From the sequence record PP582757.1: DNA of 64,000 nucleotides; one strand, written 5' to 3'. Positions 44,661 through 53,567 of the stretch are shown here, in pieces (the first letter of the stretch is position 1; the number at the start of each line of letters is the position of its first letter). The stretch is from Klebsiella phage vB_KM5a1-KLB31. A model generated the notes under the pieces. It was not told where the DNA came from, ran no database searches, and saw nothing but the letters and a program-made list of their open reading frames with translations. Position numbers and translations under genes: made by a program.

Positions 44661-44693
44661 ACGTTCACCTCAATATAAGATGAACGTATTTAA

Positions 44694-45122
44694 TCAGAAT
44701 GCTCGATCAGAGAATTCAAGACGTTTTTCGAGTTGACGAATATAGTCTGCAGCGCACTGCATCAAGTTGGCTTCATATCCGTTTACACGGGTTTTAGCTT
44801 CTTCCAGACGAACAGTAATTTCCATACCGTCGAATTGATTCATCGGAGCTTCAGGGAAGAAATCAGAAGCAAGCTCTTCAATTTCTTTAAGTTGGTCCAT
44901 TGTATCAGCACAATAGAAGCACCAGAACCAAGAGTCGCGACTGTTTACATGAAGATAAGGGCCGTTCTTGATTTTAACAGAAGTGATGCCATCTTCATAG
45001 TCACGATCACGTTCGGCAACAGTAACAACCTTGAACACAACACCTTTCTTTAATTCAGGGAACTGCATCAACAGTTCTTCGTCATCAGCGATGATTTCAA
45101 AAACTTTATCGACTAATTTCAT
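44694..45122 (-). CDS. hypothetical protein
   Basis: 142 aa. Confidence 0.45.
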   Translation of the reverse strand: MKLVDKVFEIIADDEELLMQFPELKKGVVFKVVTVAERDRDYEDGITSVKIKNGPYLHVNSRDSWFWCFYCADTMDQLKEIEELASDFFPEAPMNQFDGMEITVRLEEAKTRVNGYEANLMQCAADYIRQLEKRLEFSDRAF

Positions 45123-45192
45123 TATCTTCTTCTCACAGGTTTATCGTGAATGGCACAGTGGATAGCACCCACTAACATAATAGCAGAGATAC

Positions 45193-45381
45193 TTATAGCG
45201 ATTGCAAGTTCCATGTTTTATCCTCCAGGTCAAGTAATTCATTCACTGTAGGTTCATCATAACATGGAACTTCCTCTGTGTAAACAGGTTCTTCAGGCTC
45301 GACGGTTTCCCATCGAGCTGCGTACCATGGCTTAATGCTCACGCCAATAGCTTGAGACTTCGAAATCAGGCGCATCATCAT
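45193..45381 (-). CDS. hypothetical protein
   Basis: 62 aa. Confidence 0.3.
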   Translation of the reverse strand: MMMRLISKSQAIGVSIKPWYAARWETVEPEEPVYTEEVPCYDEPTVNELLDLEDKTWNLQSL

Positions 45382-45649
45382 ATTCCCAGAACCAGTCGCC
45401 TACCGGAATGTATTCAGTGCAACCTGTTTCTTTATTCTGGACTGGCTCGTAGTCAGTGTTCTCGAGACCAACAAATTGCCATTGAACTTCGAATGCAACA
45501 CCACCAATCACTACGGTGTTCTCACCCCAGGCATTTTCTACAGCCCATTCAATACCTTGCTCTTTTGCAAGAGCGACCATGTAGTCATAAAGACGCCATT
45601 CCAGGTCGTCTTCGACACCATCGCCTAAATTGATAATTTGGTCTTTCAT
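45332..45649 (-). CDS. hypothetical acidic protein
   Basis: 105 aa. Confidence 0.4.
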   Translation of the reverse strand: MKDQIINLGDGVEDDLEWRLYDYMVALAKEQGIEWAVENAWGENTVVIGGVAFEVQWQFVGLENTDYEPVQNKETGCTEYIPVGDWFWEYDDAPDFEVSSYWREH

Positions 45650-45822
45650 TATTTCTTCTCAAAGTTAACAAAAGCAGATGCCAATAAAGCGAACGGCCAG
45701 ATAACGAACGCAAATATATGATCGTCTACTTTTCGTTCATCATTATAAGCACAAAGGAGTTTAGCGGCTCCGATACCAAAAATTGTATAAACGATTGCCG
45801 CAATAATCCAAATCAAAGTCAT
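45649..45822 (-). CDS. small membrane protein (57 aa), WP-motif paralog family member 1
   Basis: MTLIWIIAAIVYTIFGIGAAKLL...FVIWPFALLASAF; ATGA/TAATG coupling with both neighbours; not in track. Confidence 0.35.
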   Translation of the reverse strand: MTLIWIIAAIVYTIFGIGAAKLLCAYNDERKVDDHIFAFVIWPFALLASAFVNFEKK

Positions 45823-46088
45823 TTCAGTTGTCCTGCTACAGCACGGAAATCATCGAAGCCACCAAGGTGGTTATCATTCCAGAAAATCTGAGGCATTGTG
45901 ATACCGACTTTACTTTCGCGACCAAGACGTTTCAGAAGGTCAGCGATAACAGCATCATCGAATACTTCTTTCTGGGGCATCACATTCACAAATTGGAATG
46001 GAATACCTTTCATAGTCGCCAGTCGTTTAGCATTATCACAATAAGCACATTTATGAATTGTGCTGTCGTAACCAAAAATCGTTAACAT
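45819..46088 (-). CDS. nrdC: glutaredoxin/thioredoxin NrdC
   Basis: 89 aa; IFGYDSTIHKCAYCDNAKRL...FDDAVIADLLKRLGRESKVGITMPQIF matches recalled T4 NrdC (CVYC active site equivalent CAYC). Confidence 0.8.
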   Translation of the reverse strand: MLTIFGYDSTIHKCAYCDNAKRLATMKGIPFQFVNVMPQKEVFDDAVIADLLKRLGRESKVGITMPQIFWNDNHLGGFDDFRAVAGQLK

Positions 46089-46359
46089 CTTCGTCTATTT
46101 CCTTAAAAATTTGTTCGAGTACATCATTGAAATCAGGATGGCTATGAAGCGGACCTTGCCAGTTGTCATAGCTAATACCAAGACGTTTACGCGCTTCCTG
46201 ATAAATCGTAGAAGAAGCGAAGTTCTTGGCTTTTGTCATAGCTGATTTTATCACTGAATCGTTTGGAGCAGAGTTATTCTCTTTGTGATACATCATGAAT
46301 AAACGCAGAGCACAACGCTCTGCTTCTTCTACATATTGCTTACGTTTTGGTTTAGTCAC
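46051..46359 (-). CDS. hypothetical protein
   Basis: 102 aa. Confidence 0.4.
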   Translation of the reverse strand: MTKPKRKQYVEEAERCALRLFMMYHKENNSAPNDSVIKSAMTKAKNFASSTIYQEARKRLGISYDNWQGPLHSHPDFNDVLEQIFKEIDEDVNDFWLRQHNS

Positions 46360-46648
46360 GTTTAATCACCTGCTTATATGCTTCATGGGCCGCAATAGCA
46401 ATACGTTCGTTCATAGGCAAAGTTGTTTCTGGTTGGGTAGACAACTTATGGAATGCAGCAGTTTTAAACCAAATAGAAGTAAATTCTACTGTACCTTGTA
46501 AAGAGCATGAAAGAGCTTCATGAGAATATTCTTCGCCTGCTTCTTCGGCATGTTGAAGGCAAATTCGAGACGTAAGTTCATTAAGCTCTTTGAACAGAGC
46601 TTTCATTTCAGGAGAACTAAACCGATCTTTATATTCAAATGGATTCAT
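46352..46648 (-). CDS. hypothetical protein (start at MNPFEYKD)
   Basis: Longer track ORF would overlap the upstream gene by 86 nt. Confidence 0.4.
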   Translation of the reverse strand: MNPFEYKDRFSSPEMKALFKELNELTSRICLQHAEEAGEEYSHEALSCSLQGTVEFTSIWFKTAAFHKLSTQPETTLPMNERIAIAAHEAYKQVIKRD

Positions 46649-46649
46649 C

Positions 46650-47150
46650 TTACACCCCAGGGAAAATGGTTTTAACACGTTCGGCAATAGCACGATCCAG
46701 AACTTCAGTGAACTTCTTATTAAGTCGATCAACAATGAGCTGTTCTATACGAGATTCAGACATTTTCAGGGCGTTTTCAATACGATCTTCAAGGTCTTTG
46801 ACAGCCTTTTCAACCTGGTCGTTTACTGCACCCATAACCTGAGAATAAGCAATACGGTTTGCTTCTTCTTTCATGATACGTTCGAGTTCGAAAGTACCTT
46901 CAACCTTATTCCAGCCTTTAGAGACAAAGAACTTATTCAGCTGCTCTTTAACCATTGGAGATACGTCAGGCAGGCGGGCGCCTACGAGACTGATTTCTTT
47001 CTGAATAGTTTCTTGCACTTTGTTCTTACTATTCTTCAGGACGAGTTCCTGGACAATATTATTGATAACTGCTTGCTGGAGCTTAACACGAGAAGCTTCA
47101 TCACCAAACAGTTTCATTACAGCATTTGTATCAAGTTTTAAATCGATCAT
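46650..47150 (-). CDS. hypothetical protein
   Basis: 166 aa. Confidence 0.45.
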   Translation of the reverse strand: MIDLKLDTNAVMKLFGDEASRVKLQQAVINNIVQELVLKNSKNKVQETIQKEISLVGARLPDVSPMVKEQLNKFFVSKGWNKVEGTFELERIMKEEANRIAYSQVMGAVNDQVEKAVKDLEDRIENALKMSESRIEQLIVDRLNKKFTEVLDRAIAERVKTIFPGV

Positions 47151-47434
47151 TTTATGGTTCTCACAAATTTTTGTTTACATGTACGGCACTTGAATTGAAG
47201 TGTCGGCGTGGCCCATTGGGTAAGTTGTACCTGAATACTATCACAGAAAGGACATGGCTCGGCATGCTTTCGAGCCCATTCACGACGATCTGCCATTTGC
47301 ATTACAGTGTCCCAATTAATATCAGGGACTTCTTCGTCACAACCTTCGAAAGGGACAGGACCTTTTTCAAGGTCCACTTCGTGCCAGCCTTCAGGTAAAG
47401 ATAAATCTAAATCTTCGGCTAATTGATTTTTCAT
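47147..47434 (-). CDS. zinc-ribbon protein
   Basis: 95 aa; CPFCDS...CRTCKQ. Confidence 0.45.
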   Translation of the reverse strand: MKNQLAEDLDLSLPEGWHEVDLEKGPVPFEGCDEEVPDINWDTVMQMADRREWARKHAEPCPFCDSIQVQLTQWATPTLQFKCRTCKQKFVRTIK

Positions 47435-48444
47435 TTGCGCAGTTCCTGCATTGCGTGAAGCAATTTACCACGCTGAGCACGCATTTTATCTGCTTTAGAA
47501 GTAAGTTCATCAATCTGACGATCGTACCCATCAAGAATAAGGGTGATTTCGTTTACAGACTTTTCCATCTCTTTGAAGAAATGCTCTTCAATAGGAGTAT
47601 GTTCAGGCTGAGCAATTTTAAAGTAGGCCAATTCACCGCTATTAGACCAATTACCTTTAAGAACAAAATCTTTCTGTTCTGCTGACAAAGGTTCGGTTTT
47701 AATTGGGTCTGGTTTAACTTGAGCCTGGCGAACCGTAATAGTGAACGTGTTACCAACAAACGTATAATGCAACAGGTCTTCATTTACCGCGTCAAGGAAT
47801 GCACGTAACTGAGCAAATGCCTGGTCCGGAGCATGACCCATCACTTGGACTGTGAACTTATTATCATAACCGGCAACCATCTTAGCATCAATATAAGGCA
47901 GAATACCACCACAAGTTTTGAACACTAATTCGCGACTACGTCCTACACACAGACGCGAGCCAAGAGTCAGAATCATTCGCCAGTTATAATTAAACTCTGA
48001 ACAGAAGCTTTGAGTATATGCTTTCATTGTCGGAGAACATGCCGAAGTGAAATGACCACGAGCATTCTTACGAGTAAACTTCATGCCTTCTTTACGAACA
48101 CCGAACTGAGAGATACGTTTCAGAGCACGGTCTACGGCAAAGTACTTTGAGTCGCGCAGAGCTTTATAGAAATCATAGACACACAGATAAGTGTGCGCTG
48201 CATCCAGACGAGGCAGACGATTCATAATAGCCTGAACACCGCCAATATGGTCGAATGCGTCTTTATTCAGAGAGAAACGAATCTGCTCCACAAATGGTTT
48301 TACATCACTTGGGTGATTCTTTACAACCATCTTTGAATCGGTAAAATCATCTTTATGATGGTCTGATGGAGAACGAAAACGATTAGCCGTTTCACGGCAC
48401 GCTTCGCGTACTACGATTCTGTTATTCAACTTTTGGATTGTCAT
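47431..48444 (-). CDS. hypothetical protein (337 aa)
   Basis: Long ORF with strong middle promoter upstream; no motif recognised. Confidence 0.5.
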   Translation of the reverse strand: MTIQKLNNRIVVREACRETANRFRSPSDHHKDDFTDSKMVVKNHPSDVKPFVEQIRFSLNKDAFDHIGGVQAIMNRLPRLDAAHTYLCVYDFYKALRDSKYFAVDRALKRISQFGVRKEGMKFTRKNARGHFTSACSPTMKAYTQSFCSEFNYNWRMILTLGSRLCVGRSRELVFKTCGGILPYIDAKMVAGYDNKFTVQVMGHAPDQAFAQLRAFLDAVNEDLLHYTFVGNTFTITVRQAQVKPDPIKTEPLSAEQKDFVLKGNWSNSGELAYFKIAQPEHTPIEEHFFKEMEKSVNEITLILDGYDRQIDELTSKADKMRAQRGKLLHAMQELRK

Positions 48445-48504
48445 AATTTTTTCCTCTATCTCTCTTGGCTGATAAATAATCCCGTTTTGAAAGGACCATG
48501 ATTC

Positions 48505-48532
48505 ATTATACCATAGCCCTTCCTAAAGCATT
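48505..48532 (-). promoter_or_regulatory. MotA-box middle promoter (ATGCTTTA, 13 nt spacer, TATAAT)
   Basis: Minus strand TAATGCTTTAGGAAGGGCTATGGTATAATGAATC; best match to the T4 middle-promoter consensus in the window. Confidence 0.55.
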
Positions 48533-48537
48533 AAAGG

Positions 48538-48747
48538 TTAATCGAAAATCATCTCACAAATCCAAATGAATGGGCTGATGAGAACTTTAAGAATATAAAA
48601 TACCCAGAACACAGGCCACATCACAACAACCATTGCTGCAGTATTTCCGTCAAAATCGTCTAAGAACCAATCACCAACCCATCGGAAATAGAAGGCTGAA
48701 GCAAAGCCTATAACAATATAGGCTATTGCGAATAAAATAACTTCCAT
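48538..48747 (-). CDS. small membrane protein, WP-motif paralog family member 2
   Basis: 69 aa; VVVMWPVFWVFYIL. Confidence 0.4.
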   Translation of the reverse strand: MEVILFAIAYIVIGFASAFYFRWVGDWFLDDFDGNTAAMVVVMWPVFWVFYILKVLISPFIWICEMIFD

Positions 48748-49517
48748 TAAATCACCACTGATGAAGGACGTTTAAAGAATGAATGAGTAATATCATTCAC
48801 TGCTTGACTGAACGTCGCTGTGAACTCGATATCGCCACGGAAATCATTTGGTACTGCCTTGGGCAGAGAACCATAAACCGTAGCACCATTTTCCAGTCGA
48901 ACGGTCATCTTAGCAACAGGTCCCCAGATATCCATCCATTCTTTGACTGAAACTACTTTACCTTTTACTGTCTGTTTGCCCACAGGAGCTTCGCCTTTGG
49001 ACTTATTCAGCTCAGCATAATAATTACTATACCAAGCTTCACTGTACGCCTGAATCGCTTCCAGGATGGTCTTATGAGCACGTACTTTACACATACCTGC
49101 TTTAATTCCACCTTCCAGGTCCCAGATTTTATAAGGAGTCTGGATTTCCATGTTAGAGATTGCTTTAATCTCTTTGTACATATCATACGTCAAACGCAGT
49201 TTCCACCAGCCATGATCGCCTGTGTATTCTGGTTTGTCAAAGCTATCCAACTCAGTGACATATGGAAGGTAACTACCAGCGTGATACGCTTCCACTTCAC
49301 CTAATTCATTTTCCCACAAGTAACCATCAAATGGCGCATGTGGACGGTCATCAACACCCCAGGTAGGAGCTACAACTTTATCGAATGATTCACGTCCGTA
49401 ACGGGACTTGCTCCATCCTGAGTTCAACTCCTCGGCGCGTTTTTCAACTTTCGCTCGGTGCTCACGGTGGGCTTTACGATTTTCTTCAAAAAGGTCGTTG
49501 ATGATTTTAGTTAACAT
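48747..49517 (-). CDS. hypothetical protein
   Basis: 256 aa; downstream of early promoter E7. Confidence 0.5.
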   Translation of the reverse strand: MLTKIINDLFEENRKAHREHRAKVEKRAEELNSGWSKSRYGRESFDKVVAPTWGVDDRPHAPFDGYLWENELGEVEAYHAGSYLPYVTELDSFDKPEYTGDHGWWKLRLTYDMYKEIKAISNMEIQTPYKIWDLEGGIKAGMCKVRAHKTILEAIQAYSEAWYSNYYAELNKSKGEAPVGKQTVKGKVVSVKEWMDIWGPVAKMTVRLENGATVYGSLPKAVPNDFRGDIEFTATFSQAVNDITHSFFKRPSSVVI

Positions 49518-49532
49518 TTTGTATCTCCATGT

Positions 49533-49574
49533 TGGTGTAGGAGCACTATAACACGCCTCTACACCATTGTAAAC
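49533..49574 (-). promoter_or_regulatory. early promoter E7 (GTTTAC-17-TATAGT) in inverted repeat GGTGTAG...CTACACC
   Basis: Minus strand GTTTAC AATGGTGTAGAGGCGTG TTATAGT GCTCCTACACC. Confidence 0.55.
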
Positions 49575-49762
49575 TACTTCGTGTTAATGATGTAGGTTAA
49601 CCAGAAAGGCCAGAACAGGATAATCAAAATGTTCTTTGGCAAACGTTGCATTGCCGTCTTACCTTTAACATATCCTGAAGTAATAACGGCCGACAGAAGA
49701 CCGGTTACTACCCAGGCCATAGGAGCCCATACACAAAGTAAAGCCGTCGCTATAGGTGTCAT
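49574..49762 (-). CDS. small membrane protein, WP-motif paralog family member 3
   Basis: 62 aa; LLCVWAPMAWVVTGLLSAVIT...ILFWPFWLTYI. Confidence 0.4.
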   Translation of the reverse strand: MTPIATALLCVWAPMAWVVTGLLSAVITSGYVKGKTAMQRLPKNILIILFWPFWLTYIINTK

Positions 49763-49763
49763 G

Positions 49764-49931
49764 TTAACCCTTATTCACACAGTACAATAGCCAAGCAGGC
49801 CAGAAGATAACGCATACCAGAGATTTGAACAAATTAGCCTGTTTTAGCTTAATCTCTGTGATTACTAGACATGCCATCCCAGTAAGCATCCAAACAGACC
49901 ATATGGCTAAAGCAATTAGTAATTCAATCAT
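49764..49931 (-). CDS. small membrane protein (55 aa), WP-motif paralog family member 4
   Basis: MIELLIALAIWSVWMLTGMACLVITE...VIFWPAWLLYC, clearly paralogous to 49574..49762; not in track. Confidence 0.4.
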   Translation of the reverse strand: MIELLIALAIWSVWMLTGMACLVITEIKLKQANLFKSLVCVIFWPAWLLYCVNKG

Positions 49932-50278
49932 TAGTAATAAGTCCTTTCGTCGTATTCGCCGCCGAACCAGGCGCTCTGAGGAGCTTTAGGCTGTTGTGAC
50001 TTTTTAAATTCGGCACGAGCAATATGAGTAGCCATGCTGAAAATGCTTGCGGCTTGAATTTGTTCACGGTCCATTGTGATAAGACCTTTGGCCTTTGCAT
50101 GCAGAATCACACGCTTACGAGTACCAATCATGCCAGCCGGGAACATACGCATCTGATGATATTGGACGTTCATATACTGACTAAACTTTGCAACGGAACG
50201 GCACATTGCACGTTTGAACTCTTCACCTGCTTTGTGAAGGTCCCATTCTAAACGAGTTACAGGAGTCATATTAATCAC
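49931..50278 (-). CDS. hypothetical protein
   Basis: 115 aa. Confidence 0.45.
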   Translation of the reverse strand: MINMTPVTRLEWDLHKAGEEFKRAMCRSVAKFSQYMNVQYHQMRMFPAGMIGTRKRVILHAKAKGLITMDREQIQAASIFSMATHIARAEFKKSQQPKAPQSAWFGGEYDERTYY

Positions 50279-50462
50279 CCATTAATGCTTCAACATCAGA
50301 ACGGTAGATATTTGCTTCAGCAACTTCTTCGCCATCAAAAGAGGCTTTGATAGAAAGTGTACCAAACAAACCATCATAATCAACAGAAAGCTCAAGCTCT
50401 TCACGAAGAACACGTTTAACTTCGAGCTGAATAAGCTCTTTAATCTGTTCTACAGTAATCAT
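50271..50462 (-). CDS. hypothetical protein
   Basis: 63 aa. Confidence 0.35.
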   Translation of the reverse strand: MITVEQIKELIQLEVKRVLREELELSVDYDGLFGTLSIKASFDGEEVAEANIYRSDVEALMGD

Positions 50463-50962
50463 TGATCGTCACCATTGTACATTTCTTCTTCATCGTAAAC
50501 TTCAGGCTTACGTTCCATGATATAGTCATACGGGTCATCAATGTCCATACGTTGCCAGAATGTGCCAAGTTGGATATTCTTAGGAGCATTGCTTTTAGAA
50601 CCGGTGCAACGACCGATGTCACGACGTGAATAACGATGGTGTCCGTTTTCATCCATAATGGTTTCATACGTCGTACGGCCCATGTTTTCAAGGTCTTTAT
50701 ATTTGACCATCTTGACCGTTTTGCCTTCCAGAGTTTCGTATGTCGCACCCGGAAGAAGCAGAGTTGGGTTACCGTCCAGTGAATGGACCATCACAATAAC
50801 ATCTTCGATGTTTTCGGCCGGATAAGCGATACCTACATTAACACCATGCTGATAAACCGCTTGGTATTGGTTTTCAGCAGAAATAACGGTCTTACGGAAT
50901 TTATTGTCCCAAACACCATCAGTGAAGCGTTTGTATTTCAGTTCATAGCGAATCAGTTTCAT
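50459..50962 (-). CDS. hypothetical protein (start at MKLIRYEL with GAGG SD)
   Basis: Track ORF extends to 51013 but overlaps the upstream 53-aa ORF. Confidence 0.45.
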   Translation of the reverse strand: MKLIRYELKYKRFTDGVWDNKFRKTVISAENQYQAVYQHGVNVGIAYPAENIEDVIVMVHSLDGNPTLLLPGATYETLEGKTVKMVKYKDLENMGRTTYETIMDENGHHRYSRRDIGRCTGSKSNAPKNIQLGTFWQRMDIDDPYDYIMERKPEVYDEEEMYNGDDQ

Positions 50963-50972
50963 AATATTTTCC

Positions 50973-51134
50973 TCAGATTTTGTGAACAGTGTTATCACGT
51001 TTGTAGATGTCAATCAACATCTGGCTTGGCTCTTCATAAGTCCAGGTGTCATAGGCTTTTACCGCAGAAATTGCAATCATAGCTATTGCAAGAATCTTAA
51101 CCAGTTCATCAAACACGCTTTTTAAAAATTTCAT
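50973..51134 (-). CDS. small ORF (53 aa) with hydrophobic segment
   Basis: MKFLKSVFDELVKILAIAMIAISAVKAYD...; directly downstream of early promoter E8. Confidence 0.35.
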   Translation of the reverse strand: MKFLKSVFDELVKILAIAMIAISAVKAYDTWTYEEPSQMLIDIYKRDNTVHKI

Positions 51135-51150
51135 TTTGTTTCTCCGTTTT

Positions 51151-51189
51151 GGTAGGAAGACTATATCATGCCTTCCTACCGTTGTAAAC
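51151..51189 (-). promoter_or_regulatory. early promoter E8 (GTTTAC-17-TATAGT) in inverted repeat GGTAGGAAG...CTTCCTACC
   Basis: Minus strand GTTTAC AACGGTAGGAAGGCATG ATATAGT CTTCCTACC. Confidence 0.55.
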
Positions 51190-51190
51190 C

Positions 51191-52171
51191 TTATTTCAGA
51201 AGAGTTACTTCAGCAATCTCTTCCCAACCATTTGCATCGGTAGCGACGAAGTCAGCCAGGTAAAGCGCTGTACGTAAGGAAACGTTACGGAGTTTAGTAA
51301 CATTAGCCTTCATCCAGTTGAGTGCCATGGACGTCTGAGCGTCGCTTAAACCACGTTTCTGCATCATGTTGGTGTTCAAGATTACATCTTCAACGCGAAT
51401 CATGATTTCTTCGTTTGAGTGAACACCCAGGTCCAGATAAACTGAACGTGATACAAGAGCATGAAGGTGTGGAGCAAGTTTAGAACCACGTTCTAATTCT
51501 TTATCGATATCAACGTTAGTGATGAAAACGATAGTACCTTCAAACTCGAATTCTTTATCGATGTTTTTGTCATCGAGGTAAGAAGAAGCAGTGCTCCAGC
51601 AAACTTTACGAGTTTCGCCTGTATCGAGTGCTGCTTTCAGGAGGTTAAGCATATCCATATCAGAGAATACGTCAACATCATCAATAAGCAGAACGCTGTT
51701 TGCATCACGGTTGTTCCAAAGCTGCTCATAAAGACCGATACCTGAGATTTTACCGTTGATGCTTTTATAAACGATTTCACCATATTCATGAGAAGTTTTC
51801 AGGGCTTTATCCAAGCTGTAAGTTTTACCAATACCTGCGGCACCAGAGATGATTAAAGAACGGATGTTGCCAGAGATAATACCTTTGGTCATCATGTTCA
51901 TAACTGTGAAGCGTTTGTTGATACGCTGTTTCATTTCTTCGACTGACTCAACTGTAGCCAGTAGAGAAACCTCCATACCTTCCATTTCGATATCAGATTT
52001 GAACACCCATACACCACGTTCTTTGCCATCAACTTGGATGAACACTTTACCATCACCAAGGTGTGCTTCATGAGCAGGAACAACATCTGGGAACCAAGTC
52101 TTGGTTGCAACGAATTTACCAGAGATGTCGTTACCGCGGAAAGTACCTTTGTTGATTTGAACGTTGAACAT
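51191..52171 (-). CDS. AAA/P-loop ATPase-like protein
   Basis: 326 aa; Walker A GAAGIGKTYSLDKAL, Walker B-like VLLIDDVD. Confidence 0.5.
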   Translation of the reverse strand: MFNVQINKGTFRGNDISGKFVATKTWFPDVVPAHEAHLGDGKVFIQVDGKERGVWVFKSDIEMEGMEVSLLATVESVEEMKQRINKRFTVMNMMTKGIISGNIRSLIISGAAGIGKTYSLDKALKTSHEYGEIVYKSINGKISGIGLYEQLWNNRDANSVLLIDDVDVFSDMDMLNLLKAALDTGETRKVCWSTASSYLDDKNIDKEFEFEGTIVFITNVDIDKELERGSKLAPHLHALVSRSVYLDLGVHSNEEIMIRVEDVILNTNMMQKRGLSDAQTSMALNWMKANVTKLRNVSLRTALYLADFVATDANGWEEIAEVTLLK

Positions 52172-52211
52172 TTTATTCTCCAGTGGTTTTCAGTATTTGT
52201 TTCGATGCAGC

Positions 52212-52241
52212 TATAATAACATGTTGAAAGCAGATGTAAAC
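52212..52241 (-). promoter_or_regulatory. early promoter E9 (GTTTAC-17-TATTAT)
   Basis: Minus strand GTTTAC ATCTGCTTTCAACATGT TATTAT AGC; same ACATGTTATTATAG core as E5. Confidence 0.5.
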
Positions 52242-52243
52242 AC

Positions 52244-52666
52244 TTATTTGCAAAGATTCCACTGAATCAGAGTATATTTTTCATTGTAGCCATCTTTAAT
52301 CATCATTGCAGCAAACTCTTCAAAGTTGTTAGAAGCATTGAAGAACGCTACAGCTTTCTTAGTAGGCTTTGCAACACGCTTTTCAGTTTTTGCAACTTTA
52401 ACTTCTTCAACAACTGGCGCTGCTTCAACGATATCGCAAGAACCATCTGAGTAGCGAGCCCATACTTCGTTACCAACTTTAAACATTGCTGCTTTACGAC
52501 CATTTGGCATTTCAACCATTTTGCCTTTCAGCTTAGTCACTTCAGTGATAACCTGATCGCCATATTCTTCATAACGATCTTTAGAAGTAACACCATCAGT
52601 AGAAGCAATCATTGGGAAGTTGAAGTGGTAATAAGCAAAGTTACGAATCGCGTAGTAAGTTTTCAT
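52244..52666 (-). CDS. hypothetical protein
   Basis: 140 aa. Confidence 0.45.
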   Translation of the reverse strand: MKTYYAIRNFAYYHFNFPMIASTDGVTSKDRYEEYGDQVITEVTKLKGKMVEMPNGRKAAMFKVGNEVWARYSDGSCDIVEAAPVVEEVKVAKTEKRVAKPTKKAVAFFNASNNFEEFAAMMIKDGYNEKYTLIQWNLCK

Positions 52667-52699
52667 TTTATATCTCCGTTTAATTTGTTTCAGTTCGTT

Positions 52700-52743
52700 T
52701 AGCTGATAGGTCTATAGTAACCTGCCTTAAAGCATATGTAAAC
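52700..52743 (-). promoter_or_regulatory. early promoter E14 (GTTTAC-17-TACTAT), back-to-back with a plus-strand late promoter
   Basis: Minus strand GTTTAC ATATGCTTTAAGGCAGG TTACTAT. Confidence 0.45.
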
Positions 52744-52751
52744 TGGAAAGT

Positions 52752-52759
52752 TATAAATA
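52752..52759 (+). promoter_or_regulatory. T4 late promoter TATAAATA on the plus strand
   Basis: aagTTATAAATAatttaggcctaaatAAGGAGattttATG; perfect consensus 26 nt upstream of the ATG. Confidence 0.55.
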
Positions 52760-52784
52760 ATTTAGGCCTAAATAAGGAGATTTT

Positions 52785-53558
52785 ATGTTAATTGCTGCAG
52801 ACTCTATAGAAAGCCTGAACACTAAGATTCAAGAGAAGATAGCTGATGGGATGTATTTGTTTGGAGCACCAACTATTCTACCATCTACACAGTTTGATTC
52901 TGATAGATATTTTCAGTTGATGTCTGACACAAGAGATACTGTACCAGGCCCGCCAGGTGCTAAAGGGGATAAAGGAGATACTGGAGCCGATTCTACTGTT
53001 CCGGGTCCTCCAGGTGCAAAAGGAGATACAGGCGCTGCAGGACTTTCTGCTTATCAAACATGGCTTAATCTCGGGCATACTGGTACTGAACAAGATTTCT
53101 TAAATTCCATAGCAGGAACAAGACAAAAATCTGAAGCGTTTTGGACCGGGTTGTCTATAGCATTGACTGCAGGAACTACTTACAATCTGATAAACATTTT
53201 GAAAGGAACACCTACTACTGCAGGTCAATTAGCTCCATTCTTTAGAATTGCTGATAATAAATTATGGCCATTCAACTCTGACACCACAATGACATTTAAG
53301 CTTAACGTAACAGGTGTTTTTACCGGTGTGAGTCAAGCCCGTAGTCTGACAATTAACTTTGTTGGGACCAACGGTAACACTTTAGTTCAAAACCGTCCTG
53401 AAAATGCTATAGACACTATGTCATTTGCCACATTCTTTAGTGTAGACAAGAATGGACAAATGGCAACTAATGGTTCTGTTATCGATATAATCGCCAATGG
53501 AGGTGTGTTCACCATTAACAGTGTTCTTTTAGTAGCAGAACAAGTAGTGAAGTCTTAA
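52785..53558 (+). CDS. plus-strand late gene: collagen-repeat protein (two VPGPPGAKGD(K)GDTGA repeats), putative virion or fibre-associated protein
   Basis: 257 aa; AAGGAG SD; Gly-X-Y triplets TVPGPPGAKGDKGDTGADSTVPGPPGAKGDTGAAG; beta-rich C-terminal domain; perfect late promoter; own terminator. Confidence 0.65.
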   Translation: MLIAADSIESLNTKIQEKIADGMYLFGAPTILPSTQFDSDRYFQLMSDTRDTVPGPPGAKGDKGDTGADSTVPGPPGAKGDTGAAGLSAYQTWLNLGHTGTEQDFLNSIAGTRQKSEAFWTGLSIALTAGTTYNLINILKGTPTTAGQLAPFFRIADNKLWPFNSDTTMTFKLNVTGVFTGVSQARSLTINFVGTNGNTLVQNRPENAIDTMSFATFFSVDKNGQMATNGSVIDIIANGGVFTINSVLLVAEQVVKS

Positions 53559-53567
53559 TGCCCAAAA

